From: Phoronis australis
Lineage: Eukaryota > Animalia > Phoronida
Assembly (NCBI GenBank): GCA_002633005.1
Contig: NMRA01000226.1
Span: forward strand, 549,004 to 613,003
Reading direction: 5' to 3'
Length of the DNA stretch: 64,000 bases
Part shown: positions 10,401-21,800 of the stretch, piece after piece
How the letters are laid out: every line of letters begins with the position of its first letter
Numbering within the stretch: position 1 is the first letter of the stretch
Position numbers and translations under genes: made by a program
The notes under the pieces: model-generated
The model's input: the letters and a program-made list of their open reading frames with translations, nothing else
What the model was told of the DNA's origin: nothing
Database searches by the model: none

Positions 10401-12872
10401 TTAATTCCCATTTTTCAAGTGCTTTAAAGGAGCATGCCACCCAAAAATCAACCTAATTTGTATCGATTTAGATTGAGTAGTTCTATTCCATAACGACACG
10501 CGCAGTTGCGTTACCTGACACCTGACGGCAGACGGAGGTGTTGAAATTATCCATTTACGTCATCGGTTTCACACACATTCTGTTCAGCAGTTCACAACAC
10601 GGGTTACTGGTGTCAGCTTATCGCTTGGAATCATCGTTTAGCACCAATAAATCATCAAACTTCGATGTAAAACCCTTAAAAATACACCGAGTTCTTACAA
10701 AAACGTGTTGTTTTATTCCGCTCTTATGAATTTATTGGTATTTGGACACACCGTAGCCTACGAAGTTCGACAGGCCAATAAGGTCCGTAGCAGGAGTTTG
10801 GGGTATGTTCGGAGATAATTTCGAAGTATTTTCCATCAGATACAGACAGGAGAACCTAGATCTGTGTTGTTTAGACTTGTGATTTTCTGAGTTCTAAACA
10901 CAAAATGCTTGTTATCCTGGCCAGTGCCTCGGAGCCCGATCAGCCCGTCGCGGCCGGCCGGATTGACTCGTTATCCCGGCCAGTGGCTCGGAAACTGATC
11001 AGACATCACGAACTAACCAGCCAAAGTTCAGTGGAAACTAAACTTCCAGTCAAGAAAATACTGTACTAGTGAGCCAAAGTAATGTGCACGTGATTATGTT
11101 GGTGAATTAGCCATGAAACTGTAAATCTACTTACTCGAGGGCCACGAATTCAGTTCCGCTTTGACCACAGCACCGTCAGGGCAGAAGTTGTACATTGACA
11201 ATCATTATTTGTGTAATGTAAATGTAAATAAAGATTCCCCTAACACCTGGCCGTGGGATGGAAATCGAGTTGTTTCACAACAGTTTCTGCCAGCAAAAAC
11301 TAAATTAGCATGAGCTCACACGGCCTCGCGGTGTCCCGTCAATTAGTTTTATTGCACCCAAAGCTGGTAACGCAGTGATTTATTCATTGCTGGCTTCTCA
11401 AATCATTTGCACTCACGAACACTCCAAAAGCATTACAAATTGCATCTAATGAGACAGACTTTGTTTCAGTTTTATATAAGTATTGGTTAGGGTGAGAATA
11501 ATTCATTTTGAAACAGAACGCTGAGTAATAAACGCCAACATGGCAACTCGCAATCCCGACTTAGGACGAGCTAGAGCGGCTCATCAATCCCGACTTCGCA
11601 GGTGGATCGTTAAGTTTTACAGGCTATCAATTCGAACAGGAATACAGTGATGAAGAAATACTAGTGAGGCGCCGTGAACAAGCTCAGACAACGGAACGTA
11701 TGGAGTTATTTGGTAACCCGGCATTCGTGAGGCACAGTCGACGTCGTCTGCAGACCACAGATACGGAGATGTTTCACGGCCTCATACTTGCTATTTACAG
11801 CGTACATTTCATTCTTCACTGCCATGAGCCACTTCCTAGGCATTTCAGACTCTCGAGGACGTAAAAAAAACGATATACTCGCTTTCCTCGCGGCTGCTTA
11901 GTTCGGACAAGCGGGAACGATACACCGCAACATAGCGACATTCACTCTGTATATGAACCACTGACGTCGCTAGCGTCGTTTCTCACCTTCCTCACAGGTT
12001 AACGCGACACCTCTTGGCATGGTAAGGTCAACCATATGCGAGGCGATGTGGAAATAGACCGATTAAGACATCAAAAAAGACTAATTAAATCGGGTGGCAT
12101 TCGCCTTTAAACAGTGTTTTGAATGATCATGATTTCTCAAAATATTTGTCTGCTGGTTGCTCAGGTATAGAACTTGAATATGCCAAAGTTCATTTTGGCA
12201 CAATGTATCATTTATGGAAAAATGAGAAAACAAAATTTCTCTTGTTCACTGTGTTGTATCCTGAATTGATGAGTATTTACCATGCTTGTGGTCTATGGCT
12301 TTGCAGATTACGTGTATGAAAGATTGGCCAGGGAAAGCTTCAGTGACTGGACTGATCGAATTAGGAAGGAAAAGCAGCAAAAACACGGCAGAAAGTCAAG
12401 GCACTCGCAGCACAGACAGAACCAAAGGGAGGCGGAGGAAAACAGGAAAAAAGAATTTAAACGAAAACTGGAGGATGAACATGCGCAATATGTGGAGAAA
12501 AATACTCAAAAAAGCAAAGAATCAGAACGGACTATTCTCGTTATGAAAAAGAAACGTTACGAAGAAAAGTGGCTCAAGGTTTGTCGCATAATGGACGACA
12601 CGTGGCTGTCGTATTCTGATATCCCATGGCCAAGTAAAGGTAGTATTGATAACACTATTAAGATCATTGTATCTGATATCAACTTGGAGGACGATTACGC
12701 AAAGATCCGCAGACAGCTGAGAAGGGAACAGGTTCGCTGGCACCCTGACAAGTTTCTGCACACGCTCGGCTCTAGATTGCTAGTAACCGACAAGGAGAGG
12801 ATCATGAACAGGGTCAATAGGATATCGCAGGCTCTTAATAATTTGATTGATAAGCAACAGTCAGGTTTATGA
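4409..12872 (+). CDS. NFKBIL1: NF-kappa-B inhibitor-like protein 1 (ankyrin repeats plus C-terminal WHPDKF domain), about 356 aa
   Basis: Exons 4409-4584, 6377-6477 (duplicate copy at 6907-7007), 7354-7484, 9993-10089 and 12307-12872 join in frame. Ankyrin motifs TLLHLAC, GDLPLHVAA and NNDGKTP are followed by ESFSDW, LSYSDIPWP and RREQVRWHPDKF...RISQALN, which are characteristic of NFKBIL1. Confidence 0.9.
6178..7236 (+). repeat. Tandem 529-bp duplication around N 6707, duplicating NFKBIL1 coding exon 2 (probable assembly/haplotype artefact)
   Basis: 6178-6706 and 6708-7236 differ by only a few substitutions and abut a single N. Confidence 0.9.
8608..9150. repeat. Dispersed repeat, copy 2 (same family as 1326-1890)
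   Basis: Shares several colinear blocks with 1326-1890; the two copies have diverged. Confidence 0.65.
10424..12110. mobile_element. Non-autonomous Kolobok-like DNA transposon, copy 1 (NFKBIL1 intron)
   Basis: TTAA at both ends; terminal inverted repeats ttaa-aggagcatgccaccc / gggtggcattcgcct-ttaa; a highly similar full-length second copy lies at 29555-31233. A TTAA target with purine (AG) termini fits Kolobok rather than piggyBac (CCC termini). Confidence 0.8.
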
Positions 12873-12977
12873 CTAAAAACAGTAAAACTTGCTAGGGTCT
12901 ATAAGATTTCGCAGGCTCTTAATAATTTGATTGATAAGCAACAGTCAGGTTTATGACTAAAAACAGTAAAACTTGCT
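12810..12977 (+). repeat. 84-bp tandem duplication spanning the NFKBIL1 stop codon
   Basis: 12810-12893 and 12894-12977 are near-identical (agggtc.ata.gat.tcgcaggctcttaataatttgattgataagcaacagtcaggtttatgactaaaaacagtaaaacttgct). Confidence 0.9.
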
Positions 12978-15900
12978 TAAGTAGGATCCGTGCAAGTTGG
13001 ATATCTGTTAGTCGGGTTTTTCTTAACTCGTAAAAAAGGTCTGCAGTACAGTTATTCTAGTTCATGCACTCTGAACTTCAGAAAGTCGGGTTTGATCCGA
13101 CTGTGTGGCAGAATGATTGATTAGTTTAAGTAACGCTTAACCACATTTTGTTCATGGCAGCCGAACACACGAAACATGTAGCGGGCTTCACTAACATAAG
13201 GATTGATACCACAACAAAATGGAGAGACAGTGACATTAGTGATACTACGCTGACATAAACAAGAAGCGTTGCTCTTGTGTGCCTTCCCCAAAGGAATGGT
13301 CCACATTCACATGAGACTGACAAGTAGTGCCGCCTGGTTGCACTAGCTGGAACTTCATTTGCATAGTAGTGGTATGACTAAAAAAAGTAAAATTGTCGTT
13401 TATATCATGTTATAGGTGCAGACTTTTAAAGTTATTAATTGGATGCTCATCGATGCCATTTTGATGTCAAAAATAATTCTTTGCATTCACTAGATTCACA
13501 AACAGTGAATAGTTTGCAAATAAGACATCAAGGTTCGGTGCTCGCTGCTTTGGTGATTTTCGTTTACTACTCATGCAATGAATTTACTCTCCACATTGCC
13601 TTACGTACTTATTAAGTATAGTTTCCAGATGTACCAAATCCTAATAATTTGTGCTGTGGCTTACAACATGTAATTCACATGTTATGTTCCAAAATTAGTT
13701 GAATGGGTATTAAAGGCTTGTTCTTTGGGCGTTTGTGTTTGGTATCTTTTTCAGTATTCTGCACAACTCTGAAGACTTTCCCTACTGCAGGGCAGTCGCC
13801 ATTCCTAGTATGCAATAAGTTAGGCATTTTTACTTTTCCTATTTTAAAATACTATTAGGTTACTCAATGTAATCCTCTGCTTTAAGCAACTATAAAGTTA
13901 ACTTACCTCCTGTGACAAAAAAAATTTTTGATTTGACCTTCACTTACTGTATAAAGTGAAATTGGCCACCTGCCAAGTTATCGGTTGATTAAAAGAATGC
14001 AAGAACTCACAGTTTGTTATTGCTTAAGATCATGCTCTACTATATATGGACTTTTCACATGGGGTCATTGTAATCGCCAAGCATGATCTTCAGTAATAAC
14101 AAACTTTCAGTTCTTTGCAAACCAGAAATCACTTGTCTCTGGTTGATCACTGCATATGTTCAATTGGGTTACAACACGGTAGGCCTAACAGTCTGCAAAA
14201 GCCTGTAGGACGGATTGTATTGTTTAGAACCTTTTGTTTGATAATTTCCCGCCATTGCCAATAGACGGCTGTTATTTATTTTGCGAATCCCGTGTCAGAG
14301 GTATCCCGCGGGATCATCCCTGCTTTCTCAACATGGTCTGACCAACAAGTATCTATGGTCCAACAGACTTGTGTTTTGACTCATTGAACTTGCTGGGTTA
14401 TTGTTCATATGTAGTAACCTGTTCCACCTATTGTTATGCCAGTTGTCTCTAGTCTGGCATCAAGATATCCATAACATCTTGTCCACACTGGTTGTCCTTC
14501 ATTGAATAATTGGTTGTGGGTTACTCTTTAGAAACCTGGTAGATAGTTGGCATGCATTTGTTGTACTGGACAATGACTATCTGGGCTGCTTAACACTTGT
14601 CCGGAAGGCCACTGAACAGGAGGAAGTTGTTTGGAACAAAATACTCAAAGGTGCATTCTGTGGTGAGGCACTGCACTTATTTAGCACATAATATGGCCAA
14701 CCAGTGAAATTCTACTTTTAAATTTCTCCATTAAACCGAATAGGATCATCAATTTCTTGCATTTTGCAGTGGGTGGATGTCAAAAACATTTAGTAAGTTC
14801 CCAGTTTTACCAGAAAAGTATAAATCAGCTTTTGAAAAATTATAATTTTGTCCGTTATTGTGCGAAATAATTAGGTGTAGTGTGAATTATCATGGCATTT
14901 TGCCTCTCTGACAAGATCAGTCTCTTGTGATTGGGATATAAGCAGGCAAACTTTCTCCAAAAATATGACTACCACAGAAAAGTGAATGGATGGCTTCTGT
15001 GAGTGTTGAAATGTAGGAGTGAACGACATCTACACACTCACAAACTTTTAATTACTTTTTCCACTCATACAAAACCAGGCTGATACTTAAGTATTACACT
15101 TCGTGGTATACGACTGCACCCCATTGGTTTATGGTCACAACCAGCATTAACTTTCAGTTTTAATTTAAATTTAAAAAAGGAAAACTGCTCTCCACAAGAA
15201 ACAATTCACAACTGTGTATGTTTACATTGTGTGTTAAAAAGAGACAACATGATGTTTGAGTCTATAATTATGTTTAATAACTGCACTAAGATATTTTACA
15301 CGTCGTCTAAACATTTTATAATCGCTTGCTCGACAGTAAATAGCCGTACAATGAACCCGCTCCTGGTTTCCAAAACATTATGTTGTAGCTGAAGTTTTCT
15401 ATAATCTAATGAATACAACGATACAGTTTGCCTAGAATTTGCTGAATGGAACGTTTTTAAAACTTGTTTAAAAACGAGCAAGCAACTGTATAACACCACA
15501 CTAAAGGTACGTGCACACGCACAACCAATTAATTATTACTCTTCTCCACAGAAAAACAAATTAAACAACATTGAAATGCATCATATCCTCCGATGTTCTT
15601 TCTCATCTGACAAAATTGAAATTGGGCATCAGTGACCTTTTCTGAACGATAGCAAGAAACTATTTCGTCACACTATGGCAGAAAGGTCAACATGGGTCAC
15701 ATTAAGGTGCATTACGTACATGCATGTTTGGGCCAGTGTGCCTTTGTCAGAGTGTTTTTTTATAATGCATACAAGCTTCACTTAACATTGGAACAGGTAG
15801 TTACCTCTTGAATAATATGTATGGGTTAAACTGGGACCATCTAGATGTCTTTAAATGTTGACTACTACTACTACTGAGCGCACATCAGCAACTATTTGTA

Positions 15901-17629
15901 AAAAATAATTTGCCTCAACCCCAGGTTATTTTACGAGGTCCATGGTTTTACAACAAGTGAATTAATTAAAGAAGTCTATGGTGTTTAACAAATAGGTGCA
16001 TGCATCTAATTCTGGAAATAGTCGCAGCTTAGTCACTGTGGCATAGAGGCACAGGAACCCAAATATGCACATAATATACGGTATGACAAATCATTTTGGT
16101 TGACCAATTACCTGGATAGCAATTACCACACTTATGTCTGATGAGTTGTCATATTAAGCATGTACCCAACAAAAATAGAATTGGTCAAATTCTAGTCATG
16201 CATGGATCGATCAAGCTCTCTTATTTATAAGTCTCATCATTATTACAAACCAAAACACTGAAATTACATAAACCAAGCAAGAAAACTACCAGTAATTTTA
16301 ATGCAAAAATCATTCTGGAAAACACTGCAGTTTTTTGCTTAATTGCATCTAGGCTTTATTTGCTAAAGTTTGAAAAAAAATGTCTAAACCAAGGATCTAA
16401 CGATTACTTAGCTGGGCAATTAACTGGCTATTAAGATATCGAGGACAGGACATTTCTCATACTTCACTCACCAATGACACTTCAGCTTAAAAGCTGCCAT
16501 GGCAATAAAGCCTACATGAAATTAGGAGAAAAACAAGATGTGCTTTCCAGAACGAATTTTAAACATTGAATACTTTCACACCATAAATGAATTGTACATC
16601 TAAAATTGATTGATTTGTTTATGTCCTTTTTAATATGAACGTGTAAACGTTGTTAAAACCAAGTTGGTATTTTTGTACTTACAATTTAGGACCATCCCAG
16701 ACAGAAATCTTTGTGCTGGAGGTAGGAAAATATATTGTTACATTGAATGGCCTTGTTTCAGAAAAGTCGGGATGATTCTAGGAATCCTGTCGGATCATAC
16801 TGCATCCATGGATACTTCTCAAGTTTATCGAACATTCTGCCGTCACAGCCCCCTGCACAGCAGTAAAATGTCACAGCATATGGAAGTAGATGAGAATTAA
16901 TGCAGCCAAAAAATTTGAAAAAAGCAATTAAAGGCACCAACAAATATGAGAAACTCCAATATGGCATGAAAACGAGGTCGGAGAAGCTACTCGTCAGATG
17001 TTGCAACAATGTGCCAGTAAATACCATCAGGTGTCACTATGTAATCCGGCAACACCCTATTATCAATTAGTGCTACTGCATGTAACAGCTTATAACATCA
17101 ATGTTATATGCCAAACAAAATTTTAAAAACACACGGGAAGTAATAGGACGGATTGTCAAGCGTACTTGGTTTTAGGAGTCTTAACTGACCAGCTGGTTTC
17201 AGTCATTATACAAATTACATCTAAGACACATAAAACAAAGTGCAAATTACACTCTGACACTTTAGTTATGTTTACAAACAATATACATGATGTACAATCA
17301 TGTAAACATTCTTTCATTTCCGACGCAGAACTGCTTTCTGACTAAAAGCTTGGCATCATAAAATTACTTTAATCCAAAAATCCATCATGAAAAAAGCGTC
17401 ATTCCTTCAAACTAAGGACTACAATTTTGTTTTTGTCTTTGACATGTTTCAGTTTCCAAAATAAAACACAATATCCAACTTTTACGGATTCTTCGCCATT
17501 TGGTCTCTAGAGTCAAAACAATATTTTCTTCACAAGCCAAGGCGTAACCTACATCTCAAGCTAGCAATGTATCATCCCTTCGTCTCTCTCTCTCCCCATA
17601 ACAGACTGCAGCGCTTCTCCAGCATGGAG

Positions 17630-18810
17630 ATCAGATACTGGTACCATCTCTTGCCCATCCTCCTCACCCTCAGTTTTTTTCTTGTCCTTTTCTTCTTCAC
17701 ACCACATTCATCAGATGACAGCACCATCTGCTGCCCATTCTTTTCACACTCAGTCTTTGTTTTTCACACCACATTCATCACAGGCCAGCACCATCTCTTG
17801 TCCGTCCTCTATACCCTCAATCATTCTTTTTCATTTTTCTTCACACCACATTCATCAGTTACCAGCACCATTCACCCTCAGTCTTTTTCTTCTTTTTCTT
17901 TTTTTTCTTCTTTTTCTTCTCACCAGGTTCGTCATCTCCACCCTCAGCTGACTTCTTTTTTTTCCTGTTTACCACACACCAGTCATCAGATGCTGGTGCC
18001 ATCTTTTGCCCATCATCTTTACCCTCAGTCTCCTCCCAAATCTCAAAATCATCGGATGCCAGCGCCATCTTTTGCCCATCCTCTTTACCCTCAGCTGACT
18101 TCTTCCCATCCCATTCGCCAGATGCATGCACCATCTCTTGCACATCTTCTTCACCCCCAGTCTTCATCACCACCTCATATCCATCAGTAACTGGCACCAC
18201 ATTCTGCATATCCTTTTCACACTCCACTGACATCTTCATGTCACAATCAACGGATGCCAGCACCACCCCTTTCAGATCCTCATCACCATCAGTTGACCTC
18301 TTCCCCATCTCACATTCAATGGATGCTGTCACCATTTTTTCCTTATCCTCTTCACCCTCTGTTGACATCTTGTCACACTCATCTGATGCTAACACCATCA
18401 TGTGCACGTTCTCTTCATCATCAGAGGACATCTTCATCATCTCATGTTCTTCAGTTGCTTGTACCACTTGTGGCCCATCCTCTTCAGAGGCAGATGACAT
18501 CTTCATCATCTCAGGTTCTTCAGTTGCTTGTACCACTTGTGGCCCACCCTCTTCGGAGGCAGATGACGTCTTCGCCATCTCACATTCTTCAGTTGCTTGT
18601 ACCACTTGTGGCCCACCCTCTTCGGAGGCAGATGACGTCTTCGCCATCTCACATTCTTCAGTTGCTTGTACCACTTGTGGCCCACCCTCTTCAGAGGCAG
18701 ATGGCATCTTCATCATCTCACATTCTTCAGTTGTTTGTACCACTTGTGGCCCACCGTCTTCAGAGGCAGATGACGTCTTCACCATCTCACCTTTTTCAGA
18801 TGATGGCACC
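17630..18810 (-). repeat. Coding minisatellite of the NADAR tail (69-bp / 23-aa units, degenerating to about 60-65-bp units)
   Basis: MAKTSSASEEGGPQVVQATEECE-type units recur at a 69-bp period from about 18430 to 18800; degenerate EGxEDGQxMVxxSDE units continue downstream. Confidence 0.85.
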
Positions 18811-21800
18811 ATTTCTTGTGCCCTCTTTTTACTATCAGCTGACCTCAGTGTCTCCCTGACCTCAGTAATAATATACCCCAGCTGGTTGGCGCCTCTCCAC
18901 TGTCTCTTGTCCCAAGCCCTAGCGTCATTCGCACTCAGCCCAATGCCCCAAATTTTGTCAAATGGAGATGCTTCAACCAAAGTTCTTTTTCCAGTATCCA
19001 TCAGCTTCTGCTTCAAATCAGGGTTTTGTGAGAACTATAAAAATATTCATGAAAAAAATATTAAATATCAGCATAAATCCACAATTTAGAAAACAAAATT
19101 ATATTTTTTATTTCTTGAATAATGCACTTTAATTTGGCAATATGAAAACAACAGCCCAGATGCGCTGTCTACAGCTGCTAAGTGATGACATCTATTGCAC
19201 AATACCACAAACACTCACCTTAGCCATATTTCCTCTCTTAACAATTTCCCTGCAAAATTGTCCCCAATAAATGTCATCAAAGTTGGAAACTTTTCGACCA
19301 AGAGCTTTCTGTTCCTTTGGGTCTTGTGTAGCCAGGATTTGGCGTGCCATGTAGTAATCTTCGAACACAACTAGAGAGAAAATGCACTGGATGACACAAA
19401 AGAAAAACATTGACATTTTATGAATAAAATTTCAGACGAGCACTCACAAACAGTGTCTTAAGGAAAAAATACACACCCTTTGAAATGAGTAGTTTATAAT
19501 CATATTACATTTCATAAATAAAAAAGATGATGCCCATACCAACCATAAGTGAAAATTTTAATATCAACTATGCCTTGAGCGTATTAGTTGTTGTATTTAT
19601 TTAAAACACTCGTCACCAGTTTTGCAGGACAATTTCAATGTTAATTGAAAATTTCAAAAATTCGTAGGTGTGCGCTAAGCTGAATGAGGGAGTTAACCCG
19701 GTGAAACACGGTATTAACACAGTGAGCTCGACCATGAAGTTTTCAACAAGAGCAACGCTCAGCATTGACTGCACCCACAAATGCACTGCAAATGAGGTGC
19801 TTCTAGGGGTGTTTATTTGTGTCATAAAAATGGCTACTATATGGTGCAAGTTACTTTGAATCCATCAAAAAAGGGAAAATGTCACCGTTTTTTAACAGAA
19901 AGCTATATATTTACCACATTTCATGAAAATCCTTCAATGAACTTTAAAGAAACAGTGGAAAACTGAAAAAATGAAAGTGCCACTAGGGGGCAAAGCGTTC
20001 GACAGATCCACCTGAAAGTTGCCATATTCCGTTGTCAACTTCATATCAATGCAGTTGCTAAATTTAATAAAAAACTGTAGGGTTCTTAGGAGATACAGCT
20101 AAAGGCACAAAAAACTGCCACTAAGAGGTGCCATGGTAACCGAAGTTGGAAAATCATTGTCAACCGTTCTCTTCACACTAAGAACATATAAGCCAATTTT
20201 CAAAATCATCCTAGGAGTGGTTTAGTTGAAAGAGGGTAGATGCCATGAACAAACTTGAAAAGAGTAAAAATGGTCACTAGAAGGTGCAAAATATGTCGAA
20301 TCCGTCTGAAAACCGCAAAATGTCATCGTTCCAAATTAAAAGAAAGCTACTTAAAAAATTTCAAAATTCGTGTTAGCTTTATATAAATGCACGTGCTAAA
20401 TTAAACAAAGATCTTGCAGAAGGCTTAGAGATACAGGTATGGGCGCAAAAAAACAAAACTGCCACTAGGGGGTGCAACAGTAGTCAAAATCATCGGAATA
20501 TCATTGTCAGCCGTCCTCTTCATTGTAAGAACATACATGCCAATTTTCACAATCATCCTTAGAGTGGTTTGGTTGACAGAGGGACGGATTTCAAAAAACA
20601 CATTCAAAAACAAAAAAATGGCCAATGGGAGGCGGAAAATACTTTGAATCAATCTGAAAATGAAAGTCTAGAATCACCTTATTAAAAGATGCCTATATGC
20701 CAAATTTTATGGAAATCTGTTGATGACTTTTTAAGATAAAGTGGTCGTAAAAAAACTAAAGTTGTCACTAGGGGGAATACCGGTAGTCTGATCTGTCTGA
20801 AAGTCTTTGTTGTCTGTTGTCAACTTCATATAAATACACTTGTTAAGCGATTAGGAGATACAGCCATGGGCACAAAAACAAACAAAACTGCCACTAGGAG
20901 GCACCACAGTAGTCAAAGTTGTCGGAAAATCATCGTCAACCGTCCTCTTCATAGTAAGAACACATGCCAATTTTCACAATCATTCTTAGAGGTTTTTGGC
21001 TAATAGAGTGACAGACACCAAAAAACAGACTCGAAAATAGTCAGGGCTTGGAATGACCCATGACAAAAAAGAGGAAATTTTTACGGCCCTAAATGCACAT
21101 TTCAATCTAAACCATACCTCAACAGATCAAAAGTAAACATTATTATCACAAGATGTCCTGTAACTGTGTCGCAAAACGCACTCATCTTAAGAAGTACCTG
21201 ACATCTATTTCAGCAATAACAATGAAGGTAATTAGATTTTTTAAAATAATAAAGATAATGATGCAGGTGAGTGGCAGGAGCTTATTCTTGATTTGCTGCA
21301 GGGATACCCATAAAATTGATAATTATGATACAAAATTACAAAAAGAATTTGAAAATCGATCCATACATTGATTATCTGGAAAGCCTGAAATACATACACA
21401 TTTAATTCCAACAAAAAATTTAATTCCATCGCAAATGGAAAAAAGTCAAGACGAAAACCTGTGGCTCATGCCCCACTGTTAGCATGGCAAAATGAAAGAA
21501 AAAACAACATACTTTAAACTATAGAATACATCAATCACAATCCTAAGTTGGCCAAACTTTTCAGTTTCAAACAGTAATTACAGGATTTAATTGTTCATAA
21601 GCCACGCTGGTATAGAAGAAACTATGTGACATAAGAAATAACTACAAGGACACTAAAAATAGGCTGGCAGAATTTGTAAAAAATAGCTTAGACCAATCAG
21701 AACATTCATAATCTGCCACGTGATCACTCTTCTTGAACTGCAAAACTTGAGTCACGAAATAGAACACGAAAAATGTCAAAATCAATTGTAATACATAAAC

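Noticed and set aside
18238-19089. Long plus-strand ORFs (283 aa, 201 aa, and 207 aa at 17567-18190)
   Set aside because: These are antisense shadows of the repetitive NADAR last exon, with no independent protein features.
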